64,000 nucleotides of DNA from Malacoraja senta (GCA_038087875.1 CM075993.1:5024001-5088000); one strand, 5' to 3'; counted from the first letter of the stretch, positions 1 through 13,054 are shown. Made by a program: numbers and translations. Notes: generated by a model not told the origin, from the letters alone.

Positions 1-172
1 TAATTTACATACCTGCACGTCTTTGGAGTGCGGGGGGGGAAACCGAAGATCTCGGAGAAAACCCACGCAGGTCACGGGGAGAACGGGCAGACCCCGTACA
101 GACAGCACCCGTGGTCGGGATTGAACCCGGGTCCCTGGCGCTGTGAGGCAGCAACTCTACCGTTACACCACT
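1..172 (-). mobile_element. HE1-like tRNA-derived V-SINE, partial
   Basis: Reverse complement of GGTAGAGTTGCTGCCTCACAGCGCCAGGGACCCGGGTTCAATCCC head (A/B boxes) plus V-domain. Confidence 0.85.
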
Positions 173-359
173 GCGTTGCGTAGATGTGATGGGCAGGTTG
201 GCAGGCAAGTTGGAATGAAGTACAGGTTACTCCATCCTCCTCCCTCACTCCCTCCCTCCTAGTGAAAAGCTTTTGTTGCGTGCTAACCAGTCAGCGGAAA
301 CACAATACATGATTACAATCGAGCCCTTCACAGTGTACAGATACATGATAAGGGAAGAG

Positions 360-940
360 TCAAGAATCAAGATGGGACAATGAAATTCTTACTTGCTGCA
401 GCACAACAGAATATGTAAATATGTAAATATTGTACATAACGGGGGAAGAGAAAAAAAAGAAAAAGCTCAACAAATAACAAATATATAGTGCAATAATAAT
501 ATAGCCTTTTGCAGCTCAGAGCTTATTCGCTGTTGTGTTTAATAGCCTGATGGCTGCAGGGACGAAGCTGTTCCTGAACCTGGACGTTACAGTTTTCAGG
601 CCTTCCTGTACCTTCTTCCTGATGGCAGTGGTGAGATGAGTGTGTGGCCTGGATGGTGTGGGTCTTTGATGATCTTGGCTGCCTTTTTGAGGCAGCGGCT
701 ACGATAGATGAGGCAGCGGCTACGATAGATGAGGCAGCAGCTACGATAGATGAGGCAGCGGCTACGATAGATGAGGCAGCGGCTACGATAGATGAGGCAG
801 CGGCTACGATAGATGAGGCAGCGACTACGATAGATGAGGCAGCGGCTACGATAGATGAGGCAGCGACTACGATAGATGAGGCAGCGACTACGATAGATGA
901 GGCAGCGACTACGATAGATGAGGCAGCGACTACGATAGAA
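360..940 (-). mobile_element. Rex1/Babar LINE 3' fragment
   Basis: Encodes IYRSRCLKKAAKIIKDPHHPGHTLISPLPSGRRYR, the Rex1 ORF C-terminus, followed by 3' UTR and (TCTTGA)n-like tail. Confidence 0.8.
689..938. repeat. 21-bp minisatellite GAGGCAGC(G/A)(G/A)CTACGATAGAT, ~12 copies
   Basis: Direct inspection; unit is a 7-codon piece of the Rex1 ORF. Confidence 0.95.
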
Positions 941-1384
941 CGTTTGGAGCAAGGTAAAGCCGGGTCTGTAGGAGTAGAGATTTGAAAGCGTGGAGCAATT
1001 GTAACGTGTGATTGCAGATCCGCTTCAGTGACGAGCACACAAGTAATCGCCTGTGTTGGGGGCCATCTTGGAAAACAAAGATGGCCCCCGGCACATGTGA
1101 CAACAACAAACATAAACCCAAACCTCGGTCCCTGGTCAGAGACCGACTTCAGGAGCTCCAAGCCGCGGGAGCTTCAATCGCGAATGGTTCGACTGCCCCG
1201 ACTGCGGGAGAATAAAGAGGAAAGAGATTAGACTTCATCACAGTGAGGAATGTGGGGAATCCACTGTGGTGGATGTTTACATTAACTTTTATGTAGTTGT
1301 GTGTCTTGTCGCTTTTTTAAAGTATGGTGATTCCAGTTTCACTGACCTTAATCTGTACACGTGACAATAAGCTGACCTTTGAAC

Positions 1385-1500
1385 CTCTCGGCTTTGTGCT
1401 CCCTCAGCACAGCGCGCTAATTCCAGTCCGTACTTTAACTGATGCAGTGGGACTTGAACCCACCACCTTCTGGCCCTGTAGCCGCTGACTAGACTGAGCT
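1385..1500 (-). mobile_element. Degenerate tRNA-derived SINE head (possibly Deu-domain type)
   Basis: Minus strand AGCTCAGT...GGGTTCAAGTCCCACT B-box followed by GCTGAGGGAGCAC; related CTCAGGGAGTGCTGCCCTGTCAGAGG at ~63134. Confidence 0.45.
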
Positions 1501-1957
1501 GCGTGTGAAGGCACCTGGACAGTTGTCGTGTATTCTAGACGGCTGCCACTGAAATTCAGCAATTGGTGACACAATGAAATTATTGAAAGGTAATTACAGC
1601 TCCTGCAACAGATATAAATCAGCATTTAGCATTAAAACTGACGTAATTATTCCAGCATTCAATTACAGTTGATTCTGGAGGGGGTGTACATAGGCAGATG
1701 GTAAACACTGGCCAATTATTCATATGAGCCAGGACCATGGATTAAATACACTCAGGAATGTCTTGCAATAATTGATCCATTCCCAGAGGTATCTTGAAGT
1801 ATTGATTCACTTCCCCATGCACTCCCTGGGATATTTCAAATATATTGTGAACCTATTCACTGTTATGAAGGTTATGGAATGAAGATAACTAGGTACTGTT
1901 CCGCTTGCAAGAGGGTTGGTAGCAATGGTGGGGTGTACAGGTCCAAGACACAACAAA

Positions 1958-2250
1958 ACCCTCAGAGTTAAAGGACGTTCTTTTAGGAGGGAGATGAGGA
2001 GGAATTTCTTCAGTGAGATGGTGGTGAATCTGTGGAATTCTTTGCCACAGAAGGCTGTGGTGGCCAAGTCAGTGGATATTTTTTTAAGGCAGAGATAGAT
2101 AGATTCTTGATTAGTGCAGGTGTCAGAGGTTATGGGGAGAAGGCAAGAGAATGGGGTTAGGACAGAGAGATAGATCAGCCATGATCGAATGGCGGATAGA
2201 CTTGATGGGCCGAATGGCCTAATTCTACTCCTATCCCTTATGATCTTATG
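1958..2250 (+). mobile_element. CR1 (HER1-like) LINE 3' end
   Basis: LRVKGRSFRREMRRNFFSEMVVNLWNSLP motif and GGGCCGAATGGCCT stem-loop tail. Confidence 0.9.
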
Positions 2251-2324
2251 AAAGATCAGAGATTCGGGGATCCAGAGATGCTGCCTGTCCAGCTGACTTT
2301 ACAGGCTTTCCCTTGCACTAAACG

Positions 2325-2660
2325 TAATAGACAATAGACAATAGACAACAGACAATAGGTGCAGGAGTAGGCCATTTGGCCCTTCGAGCCAGCACCGCCA
2401 TTCAATGTGAACATGGCAGATCATCCCCAAATCAGTACCCCGCTCCTGCCCTCTCCCCATATCCCCCAACTCCGCTATTTTTAAGAGCCCTATCTAGCTC
2501 TCTCTTGAAAGCATCCAGAGAACCGGCCTCCACCGCCCTCTGAGGCAGAGAATTCCACAGACTCACCAGTCTCTGTGAGAAAAAGTGTTTCCTCATCTCC
2601 GTTCTAAATGGCTTACTCCTTATTCTTAAACTGTGTGGCCCCTGGTTCTGGACTCCCCCA
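2325..2660 (-). mobile_element. CR1 (HER1-like) LINE 3' end
   Basis: (CTATTGT)n tail, GGGCCAAATGGCCT stem-loop, VSLWNSLPQRAVEA coding remnant. Confidence 0.9.
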
Positions 2661-3951
2661 ACAAGCCCTTAACAATCTTATATGTTTCAATGGGCTGGTT
2701 GGCATACAACAAAAGCTTTTCACTGTACCACGGTACATGTGACCAGAAACTAAACGAGATCTCAAAGAGTGTACCTCTCTCTCTATCTGGGATCATCACC
2801 TGTCAATGGAGCAACTGCAGGTTCTCAACTGAAAAACTGTTAGCCATAACTATCCGCTCGAGGCGGTTGGCCCCTTCCTGATGGATGATAATGGCTTTGA
2901 TTTTGGTTTCAATGACCTTCCAATCCCATTCTGCCCTGTTCTTCACTAATATCGCCTTGGCCTTTTTTTTTTTTATAGCCGTTGACATCGGAATATATGC
3001 TGCAATTCTCAGCGGCTTCAGGCTTTGATGAGTTTTACTGGTTAATAAAAATGCTTCATGCCCAGCGAATCAGCCTCATGCCCAGTGGCAGCTTATTCCT
3101 CTTGTACATTCTCCAATCAATGTTGTTAATTAAAACCTTAACAGCGCCATTTGTTATGGTACGTAGATTCACTTACTTATACCCAGAGATATTGGATTGA
3201 GAATGGGATTTTTAATGAAACTCGAAAGATCGCAGTTCCTCTGCAGCTTTCTTAAACCATTGTGATTACCTCTCTAACTCCCCATATTTATCTTCTGAAA
3301 GTATGCTTCCAGATATTCTTGGAATTTCACCCGAGAAATAAAAGGACGTTTAGTCTCCAAGGATATTGCTATCTATCAAAGTAAGTCCTTTTATTTAAGA
3401 GGGAGTATTGTGGTTGTTAAAGTCAGACGCGTTGTTCCTGGCAGATTGGAACAAATTTTATTTGACATATTAAGTGCCAGTGGTTTTTGGTCAGGCATAG
3501 AAGAGTTACCCAGAGTGAAAATTCATCAACATTATCTTTCTGGGCGAAATTAATATAGATGTGTGGGTGAGATCAGTGTGAAGTACAGCTAGAGGCATGG
3601 GCTGGTTAAGTGTGAAGGATGGTCTTGACCCAAAACGTCACCCATGCCTAATCTCCAGAGATGCTGCCTGTCCCGCTGAGTTACTCCAACATTTTGTGTC
3701 TATCTCAGGTTAAACTCACGGTTGTTTCTCACCCTTTAGGTTCCAGGAGATTGTCGGTTCATCAGAGTAAAACTGCCTCTCTACCGTCCCATCCAACACA
3801 TCATGGTGAGACAGAAGGGGTTGCATGCAGTATGATTTAAAGCCCCCCTCTTGGTGGTCCCATCAAACACAGCGTGGTAGAACAGGATGGGTTAGATACG
3901 TAGTCAATCTCACTCTCATTGCGAGGTCAGCACAGGTTAAGTACAGAGTTA

Positions 3952-4237
3952 AGGGGCTGTCCCACTGTACGAGGTCATTCAAGAGTTCTCCCGAGTCCCC
4001 GGATTCGAACGCGGAGAATTACGGTAATTGCCGCTCGTAGGTACTCGGGGCACTTGTGGACATTTTTCAACATGTTGAAAAATCTTCACGAGTCTTCACG
4101 AGCTTACCGCGTTTCCCTAGTACCTGCCGTTAGCCTTACGAGCCGCTAAGAGACGTCCCCGAGCTCCGGCGTACCCGCTACGTACATTCTACGTGCTTAC
4201 CACGAGTTTTTTTTTTTTTTAAACTCGGGAGAGCTCT
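3952..4237. mobile_element. PIF/Harbinger-like MITE subfamily A, right end truncated
   Basis: TTA|AGGGGCTGTCCCACTGTACGAG; body homologous to 42344-42672. Confidence 0.75.
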
Positions 4238-4244
4238 GTACTGT

Positions 4245-5057
<813 letters not shown>

Positions 5058-5084
5058 CTGTGGTTGTGTGATTGTGAAGAAGGT

Positions 5085-5665
5085 CGGCATGGTGGCACAA
5101 CGGTAGATCTGTTGCCTTAGAGCACCAGAATCGTGGGTTCGATCCTGACTACGGGTGCTGTCTGTACAGAGTTTGTATATTCTCCCTGTGACCGCGTGGG
5201 TTTTCTCCGGGTGCTCCGGTTTCCTCCCACACTCCAAAGACGTGCAGGTCTGTAGCTTGATTGATTGTCCCTAGTGTGTAGGGACAACAAATTGTAAGTT
5301 GTCCCGAGACTGATCCCCTGACATCAGTCTGAAGAAGGGTCTCGACCCGAAACGTCGCCCATTCCTTCTCTCCAGAGATGCTGCCTGTCCCGCTGAGTTA
5401 CTCCAGCATTTTGTGTCTATCTTGGGTTAAGTATGTAGTACTTTCTCCCCGTGACCTGCGTGGGTTTTCCTCGGGTCCACCAGTTTCCTCCCACATTCGA
5501 AAGCCGTACAGGTTTGTAGGTCAATTGCTTCCCGTAAAAAAATTGCAAATTGTCCTTCGTGTGTAGTGTTTGCTAGCGTAACGGGGATCGCTGGTCGGCG
5601 TGGAATCGGCGGGCCACAGCGCCTGTTTCCACGCTGTATCTCTAAAACTAAAACTAAATTAACTA
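5085..5665 (+). mobile_element. HE1-like SINE sequences interrupted by Penelope-derived repeat
   Basis: SINE head and V-domain 5085-5290; second part 5440-5665 ending (CTAAA)n. Confidence 0.8.
5329..5356 (+). ncRNA. Minimal type I hammerhead ribozyme motif in Penelope-derived repeat
   Basis: CTGAAGA-A-GGGTC-TC-GACCC-GAAA-C-GTC: CUGANGA and GAAA cores, stem II, GUC triplet. Confidence 0.7.
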
Positions 5666-6149
5666 CTGTGCATGAAGCCCTTCACTACACACACATTAAT
5701 CAGGCAGTGAGTGGCTTCTCGGACTGTCTTGTATGATCTTCCCTCCGAGCCAAAGTAAATTCTTCCTCTCTCCCACAGAGTTTATTGATCCACATCTATC
5801 ATCTGAGACTAGACAAGAAACTTGCTCCCATCACAGCGTGACCCACCCCTTCAACCTTAACTGACCCATTCATCCCTGGCTCAGCGATAAATCCAGAGTA
5901 AGAGAATTAAAATGCTCTTCAATCATCTATCAAAAACCCACGACAACAGTGCATGGGATTCAGTCTCAAACTGGTTCCAAAACGGGAATTTAAAATGATA
6001 TTAGAATGGGATAGCTAAAATGATCAGAGATCATAACCATAATCATAATCATACTTTATTAGCCAAGTATGTTTTTACAAAATACGAGGAATTTCATTTG
6101 CCATACAGTCATACCAATAAAAAGCAACAGAACACACAAAACACATTTT

Positions 6150-7345
6150 TTGAACATTTTAATTTTTTAATTTTTTATTTTATTAGAAGTATTTTACATT
6201 ACAGTAATCTGCAATAACATAAGTTTATACTTTTCTTGTACCGCTTCTTATTTCAAACTTTAATAAGAGAAAAGGATAGAAAGAGTTAGTAAAGATAGTC
6301 AGTGCGTGATTGAAAGAGTGGTCCAGGAACACCCATATGGACCTAAACCACAAGAAATAGTAAAAAAAAAAGAAAAAGAGAAAAACCAAAAGGAGGAAAA
6401 AGAAAAAAGAAAAAATAAGATAAGGTAGGACAAACTGAAAGGAATGTACCTACTTCATATCTTTACTCACCCCTCCCTCGCCAGGTCCTGAAACCATTTG
6501 TTATCAACATTTTGTTGCACCCTATGTTTGTAATAAGTCGAGAAAATGGAGACCAAATATTTTGGAATTGGTCTTGTTTACCTGCTAGGAGGAATCTCAT
6601 ATCTTCTAGGTGTAACAATTCTGACATATTAGGTCCACATTTTTGTTGTTGGCGTGGGAGCGTTTTTCCAAAATTTCAGTATCAGTTTTTTTGCCGTTAT
6701 TAAGCCATAATTAAGAAAACTCCTTTGAAACGAAGTCAGCTCCAAACTTGCTTCTATTGTTCCAAAAATAATCAATTTTGCATTCGGTTTCAGTTTCATT
6801 TTAAATAATTTAGTGAAAATGTCAAAAATTTCATTCCAACATTTTTGGATTTTTATACAAAAACCAAAAGAATGTGCTATAGTTGATTCTTGGATTAGGC
6901 ATTTATCACAGATAGCAGAGGGATTTGGGTAAAATTTACTTAATTTAACTTTCGAATAGTATAATCTATGTAAAATTTTAAATTGAATTAGAGTGTGTCT
7001 TACGTTAATCGAGAATTTATGCACATATAACAGGTATTTATCCCAACTCTCTTTCGAGATTTTTATAGCTAGTTCCTGTTCCCATTCTCTTCTAATCCCA
7101 TCAGATGATGGAATTTCTATGTTTAAAATGGAATTATACAGGCATGATATTAAATTAGCTGATTCCGCTTTTATATTCATTATCTCATCTAATAGGTCAG
7201 GAGACATATTTTGATATTCTCGTGTATATTTTTTCAAATAGTCACGTATTTGATAGTATTTAAAATATTGATTACTACTGATTGAATATTGATTGTATTT
7301 AAGTTGTAGTTGGTGAAATGTTAAAAAACTTCCATTATCATACAT
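6150..7345 (-). mobile_element. L1-clade LINE, 5'-truncated (ORF2 C-terminus + 3' UTR)
   Basis: Open frame with IQFKILHRLYYS and CDKC-x7-HSFGFC zinc knuckle; AT-rich; poly(A)/AATAAA end; CACATTTT on both flanks. Confidence 0.85.
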
Positions 7346-7769
7346 ATCACATTTTAACATGAACATCCACCACAGTGACTCCTCCACATTCCTCACTGCG
7401 ATGGAAGGCGAAAAAAAGTTCAATCTCTTCCCTTCTTTGTTCTCCAGCAGATACTTAGATACTTAGTGGAGGGAGGTAGAGGGTGGTGGGGAGGCATAAT
7501 AGTAATGAAGCAGCTTGCTTGTTGCTTAAATTACTTCGTATTTCTTGGAGCATCTTCTTCGAAGAACTGGCAGGGCCACCAGCAGAGGAATTATTTTGAC
7601 TTATATGCGGGAGGCTATTGAATCTACCATCAAGAACATTTGACAGATTGTCCCCTACATCACAAAGTTTCTGATATGTTTATGCATGGAGATATCAAAG
7701 GCTTGGTGAGTTCCTCCATCGTGCAGTACACATTTGGTTCATTAATACTAATTTGGTTATTACTTCATT

Positions 7770-8200
7770 TCAAGATTCAAGTGAGTTTATTGTCATGTGT
7801 CCCAGATAGGACAATGAAATTCTTGCTTTGCTTCAGCACAACAGAACATAGTAGGCATGAATACAGAACAGATCAGTGTGTCCATATACCATTTTATAAA
7901 TATATACACACATCAACAAATAAGCAGATAAAGTGCAAATAAACAGATAATGGGCTATTAATGTTCAGAGATTTGTTTCAGTTGAGTTTAATAGCCTTAT
8001 GGCTGTGGGGAAGTAGCTATTCCTGAACCTGGTCGTTGCAGTCTTCAGGCTCCTGTACCTTCTACCTGAAGGTAGCGGGGAGATGAGTGTGTGGCCAGGA
8101 TGGTGTAGGTCCTTGATGATGCTGCCAGCCTTTTTGAGGCAGCGACTGCGATAGATCCCCTCGATGGAAGGGAGGTCAGAGCCGATATGGACTGGGCAGT
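7770..8200 (-). mobile_element. Rex1/Babar LINE 3' fragment
   Basis: LPSIEGIYRSRCLKKAGSIIKDLHHPGHTLISPLPSGRRYRS...FRNSYFP. Confidence 0.85.
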
Positions 8201-8409
8201 CTTTACTACTTTTTGTAGTCTTTTCCTCTCCAGGAAATTTATCCCCTTTTGCAATTATTCGTGTGAAAATCAAACCACACTTTATGGGTGCTTTAACTTT
8301 CCAAGTCAGTAAATCACACCCACTGATGCAATGGAAGTGTGGATTTTAATTTTAATTTTAATTTTTAATTAAAAAAAAATTAAAGTGTTTCGGGGTGGTG
8401 CAGCTGGCA

Positions 8410-8960
8410 GTCCAGTCAGCGGAAAGACAATACATGATTACAATTGAGCCATTACATGATAAGGGAATAACGTGTAGTGCAAGGTAAAGCCAGTAAAGTC
8501 TGATCAAGTGTAGTCTGAGGGTCAACAAAGAGGTAGATAGTAGTTCAGGACTGCTCTCTGGTTGTGGTAGGATGATTCAGTTGCCTGATAACAGCTGGGA
8601 AGAAACTGTCCCCGAATCTGGAGGTTTCTGTTTTCACACTTCTATACCTTTTGCCTGATGGGAGAGGGGAGAGGAGGGAGTGGGCAGGATGCGACTCGTC
8701 CTTGATTATGCTGCTGGCCTTGCCGAGGCAGCTTGAGGTATAAATGGAGTCAATAGAAGGGAGGTCGGTTTGTGCGATGGTCTTGGCTGCGTCCACAATT
8801 CGCTGCAATTTCTTGCGGTCCCGGATGGAGCCGTTCCCAAACCAAGCTGTGACATGTCCTGATAAAATGTTTTCTACGGCGCATCTGTAGAAGTTGGTGA
8901 AAGTTGTAGGGGACATGCCGAACTTCCTACTTCATCTAAGGAAGTCGAGGCTTTGGTGTG
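8410..8960 (-). mobile_element. Rex1/Babar LINE 3' fragment
   Basis: NFYRCAVENILSGHVTAWFGN...LPSGKRYRS...SFFPAVIRQLN. Confidence 0.85.
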
Positions 8961-9141
8961 CTTTCTGAGATCTGAGAGGAGTTTAAGAAGATCATAGTTA
9001 ATGTAGGAAATGTTGCCGTCGGAGTAGAAATTTAACAGTTTGGAGCGATTGTGATGTGTGATTGTAGATCTGCTTCTGTGGCGAGCGGACAAGTAGTCGC
9101 CTGGGTTGGGCTTGTTTTGGGGCCGTGTAGAGAGAGCTGCA

Positions 9142-9668
9142 AGGGCCTGTCTGACTTGGCCGTCATTTGCGTGTAATTTACGCGACATCATTTACGAGTC
9201 ACGCCGCACGACGAGCGCGTCGTGACACGCACATGATGCGCGCATGGTGCGCATTACACGCGCATGGTGCGCGGTGACATAGGCAGTGACGCGCGGCCAC
9301 GGGCGGCGGCGCAGGATTTTGTGATGTACAAAATCTTTGCGTGCCATCTGCGGTACGAGTTCATTCCAAGAGCTCTCCCGGGTTTACAAAAAAATCAAAC
9401 TCGTGGTAAGCACGGAGAATGAACGTAGCGGGTACGTCAGAGCTCCGGGACGTCTCTTAGCGGCTCGTAACGCTAACGGCAGGTACTCGGGAAGACTCGC
9501 TAACGGCAGGCAAGCACGGGAAGACCCGTGAAGATTTTTCAACATGTTGAAAAATGTCCACGAGATCCCTGAGTACCGACGAGCGGACATTACCGTAAAT
9601 CTCCGAGTTCGAATCAGGGCAAACTCGGGAGAGCTCTTGGAATGAACTCGTACAGTGGGACAGGGGTT
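9142..9668. mobile_element. Chimeric PIF/Harbinger-like MITE (subfamily B left, subfamily A right)
   Basis: 9142-9351 matches 62411-62580; 9351-9668 is an inverted copy of 42344-42672. Confidence 0.75.
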
Positions 9669-10265
9669 TATATCTTTAACTAAACCACGCTCTTCCTACT
9701 CTTCTGAATGTTGGATGGGACAATGCAGACGTATCTTGCCACTGCATCTAACCCGTAAAAGTCTACCTTTGGAAATATTTCATTCTGAAAGTGCGTGCCT
9801 GAATCCGTAATTGTTGTGTTAATTGCATAGTTAATACTTCATTTTTGTACTTGATTACAATTTACCCGCTTTTGCAATTATTCGTGTGAAAATTAAACCA
9901 CACTTTATTGGTGCTTTTAATTTTCCAAAGAAGGTCATTAAGTTAATGAAAAATCTTCTCAATTTTGGGAAGCAATTCATTTTTTAATTGCAATTTTCTA
10001 ATTGTCTCTTCTGAACATATGTGATGGAACAGCAACACCGCTTTGCGATTATCTGCAAAGTTTCTTTAGTTCCAGGTTATTTTCGATTTGGTGATGCGGA
10101 AAGTAGTGTTTGTGCTGAATGCTGAAACGATTTTGTATTTGTGGGCCGTGACAAAATTCACAAAAATGTCCCAAGGGCAAGAACAACACATGTCAGAACG
10201 AAATGTGTCGGAAGGAACTGCAGATGCTGGTTTAAACCGAAGATAGACACAAAATGCTAGAGTGA

Positions 10266-10505
10266 AGGGCCTGTCCCACTTACGCGACCTTTATAGGCGA
10301 CTGCTGGCACCCGGTGACCAGAAAGACGCTACGACCCTTTGGAGACCTCTCACAACCATAGGAGACCTCTATGGTCGTGAGAGGTCTCCAAAGGGTCGTA
10401 GCGTCTTTCTGGTCACCGCTGAATCGTCAACATGTTGAAAATTTCGGCGACCTATCACGGGTGCCGGCAGTCGCCTGTAAAGGTCACGAAAGTGGGACAG
10501 GCCCT
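10266..10505. mobile_element. PIF/Harbinger-like MITE with long internal hairpin, nested in Penelope-derived repeat
   Basis: TIRs AGGGCCTGTCCCACTT / AAGTGGGACAGGCCCT; splits host motif GAG|TAA|CTCAG. Confidence 0.85.
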
Positions 10506-10863
10506 TATCTCAGTGGGACAGGCAGCATCTCTGGAGAGAAGGAATGGGTGACGTTTCCGGCCGAGACCCTTCTTCAGTCTGAATGATTACAATCGAGCCA
10601 TTTACAGTGTATATACATGATAAGGTAATACCCAGTCTGAAGAAGGGTCTCAACCCAAAACGTCACCTATTCCTTCTCTCCAGAGACGTTCCATGTCCAG
10701 CTGAGCTACTCCAGCATTTTGTGTCTATCTATAGTCGGAATAAAGCTCTCTACATGTAACCTGTGCTCTCTTTACCCGAGGGATGGTTGATGATGGGACA
10801 GTGCAGAGGGAGCTTCATTCCACGTAACCTGCGCTGTCCCTGTCCTGGAGATTTTAACCTTTA

Positions 10864-11684
10864 AGCCCCTGTCCCACTTTCACGACCTAATTGGCGACCT
10901 CTGCCGAGTTTGCCCTTGACTCATACTCTCAGCATGGTCGCCACGAGGTCGTAGGAAGTCTTCGTAACTCTTCCTCGTGCTCGTGAGTGGTCTCCTCGCA
11001 CTCGTGGCCTCAAGTAGGTCACGGCGTTTTTTCCAGCCTGATAAAAAATGTCCAGGAGTTTAAAAAAAAGGTCGTCATGGAAAAAATGGATACTTTTTAC
11101 TCGTAGGCAGGTCGTAGTAGGCCGTGATGGTAGTCGGAGATAGTCGTGGGTCGGTAACTGGCCCGAGAAAAAAGATGCAAACATGACATCATTTTATCAT
11201 GTGATAATTTTCCACTCGTAGCTAGTCGTAGTTGGTCTTAGGTGTGGAAGACTGAGGTCGAGGGGGGTCATAGGAGGTCGTAGACATAGTCGTTGGAGGT
11301 CGTAGACATAGTCGTAGGAGGTCGTAGACATAGTCGTAGGAGGTCGTAGACATAGTCGTAGGAGGTCGTAGACATAGTCGTAGGAGGTCGTAGGCATAGT
11401 CGTAGGAGGTCGTAGACATAGTCGTAGGAGGTCGTAGACATAGTCGTAGGAGGTCGTAGACATAGTCGTAGGAGGTCGTAGACATAGTCGTAGGAGGTCG
11501 TAGACATAGTCGTAGGAGGTCGTAGACATAGTCGTAGGAGGTCGTAGACATAGTCGTAGGAGGTCGTAGACATAGTCGTAGGAAGTCTTTTACTTTGGCG
11601 AGTCAACACAACCGTGACATTTTTTTCAACTCGTCTCGGGTCTTCTAAACTCGTGGATTAGGTCATCCAAGTGGGACAGGCCCT
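10864..11684. mobile_element. PIF/Harbinger-like MITE containing 21-bp minisatellite
   Basis: TTA|AGCCCCTGTCCCACTT...AAGTGGGACAGGCCCT|TTA, matching 3-bp TSD. Confidence 0.85.
11265..11583. repeat. 21-bp minisatellite GTCGTAGGAGGTCGTAGACATA-type, ~15 copies
   Basis: Direct inspection. Confidence 0.95.
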
Positions 11685-12184
11685 TTAGCCAGCACCTCTA
11701 CCGCTGCCCCTCCGTGGCCGCCCTTATGTTGACGGTACACTTCATCGCAATGGATTAGTGTGGGAGAACGACAGTGTTTTACCGACTGAGCTAAAATGAC
11801 ACATAACAGTGCCGTCTGGAAGGATTAATTTCCCTGCTTTTAATGTCAGGCATGTGATACCATTCTGGAACTAGACTAAAAGAGCTGACCTTTCAAGAAA
11901 TGAAACAAGCCGAGCGCCCGTTTTAAATGTCAAATGTAATCCCACATATTGTGTAGCAAAATGCGGATGGATTTAATGCGTTGATTCACACAGGACCATG
12001 GACTGGAATAACAGCACACACACTAACACAGACAAAGGCATTCCTGGATTTATTTGACAGAGTTAGCCCACGCCAGGAAGAGATAAATAGTCATTCCTGG
12101 AATCTAATGAAACCATTAACCCGGGCTATACGTCCAAAGATAAACACGAAATGCTGGAGTAACTCACCGGGACAGGCGAGAAGG

Positions 12185-12520
12185 AATAGACAATAGACAA
12201 TAGACAATAGGTGCAGGAGGAGGCCATTCGGCCCTTCGAGCCAGCACCGCCATTCAATGTGATAATGGCTGATCATCCCCAATCAGTACCCCGTTCCTGC
12301 CTTCTCCCCATATCCCCTGACTCTGCTATCTTTCAGAACCCTACCTAGCTCTCTCTTGACAGTATCCAGAGAACCGGCCTCCACCGCTGTCTGAGGCAGA
12401 GAATTCCACAGACTCACAACTGTGTGAAAAAGTGTTTCCTCAACTCTGTTCTAAATGGCTTACCCCTTATTCTTAAACTGTGGCCCCCCCTGGTTCTGGA
12501 CTCCCCCAACATCGGGAATG
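12185..12520 (-). mobile_element. CR1 LINE 3' end
   Basis: Same tail and coding remnant as other CR1 copies. Confidence 0.85.
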
Positions 12521-13054
12521 GGTGATGTTTTTTGAAGGATATCAGAATGCAAGCAGGTATCTCATCTGAGGGGCAACCAATGATGGATAATAAACGCTGG
12601 CCACTCCTCTCTTACAAAAACGATGGGAGAAGGAACATGAGGTATTGGAGCAAGGGTCTGTAAATGTGTCTGTGGGGAGAAAGAGGGGCAATAAGGGTTT
12701 CCAGAGTTGAGGAACAATTGAATGCGCGGCCATCAATTAATATCGAGTGGCACAGCACAGTTGTTGCCTTAAAGTGTCAGAGATCCAGGTTCGATCCTGA
12801 CCACGGGTGCTGTCTGCGTGGAGTTTGCACATTCTCCCATGGGTTTCCTCCGGGTGCTCCGGTTTCCCCCCACATTCCAAAGACGTGCGTGTCCGTTATG
12901 TTAATTGGCTTCTGTGAATGAGGGAGTGAAAGCTACATAGAACTAGCATACTAGGCGATCGATGGTCAGCATGGACTCGTTGGGCCGAAGAGCCTGTTTC
13001 CGCACTATCTCTAAAACTAAACTAAATGTGAAGTTGTGCTGCTAGCTTGTTTAT

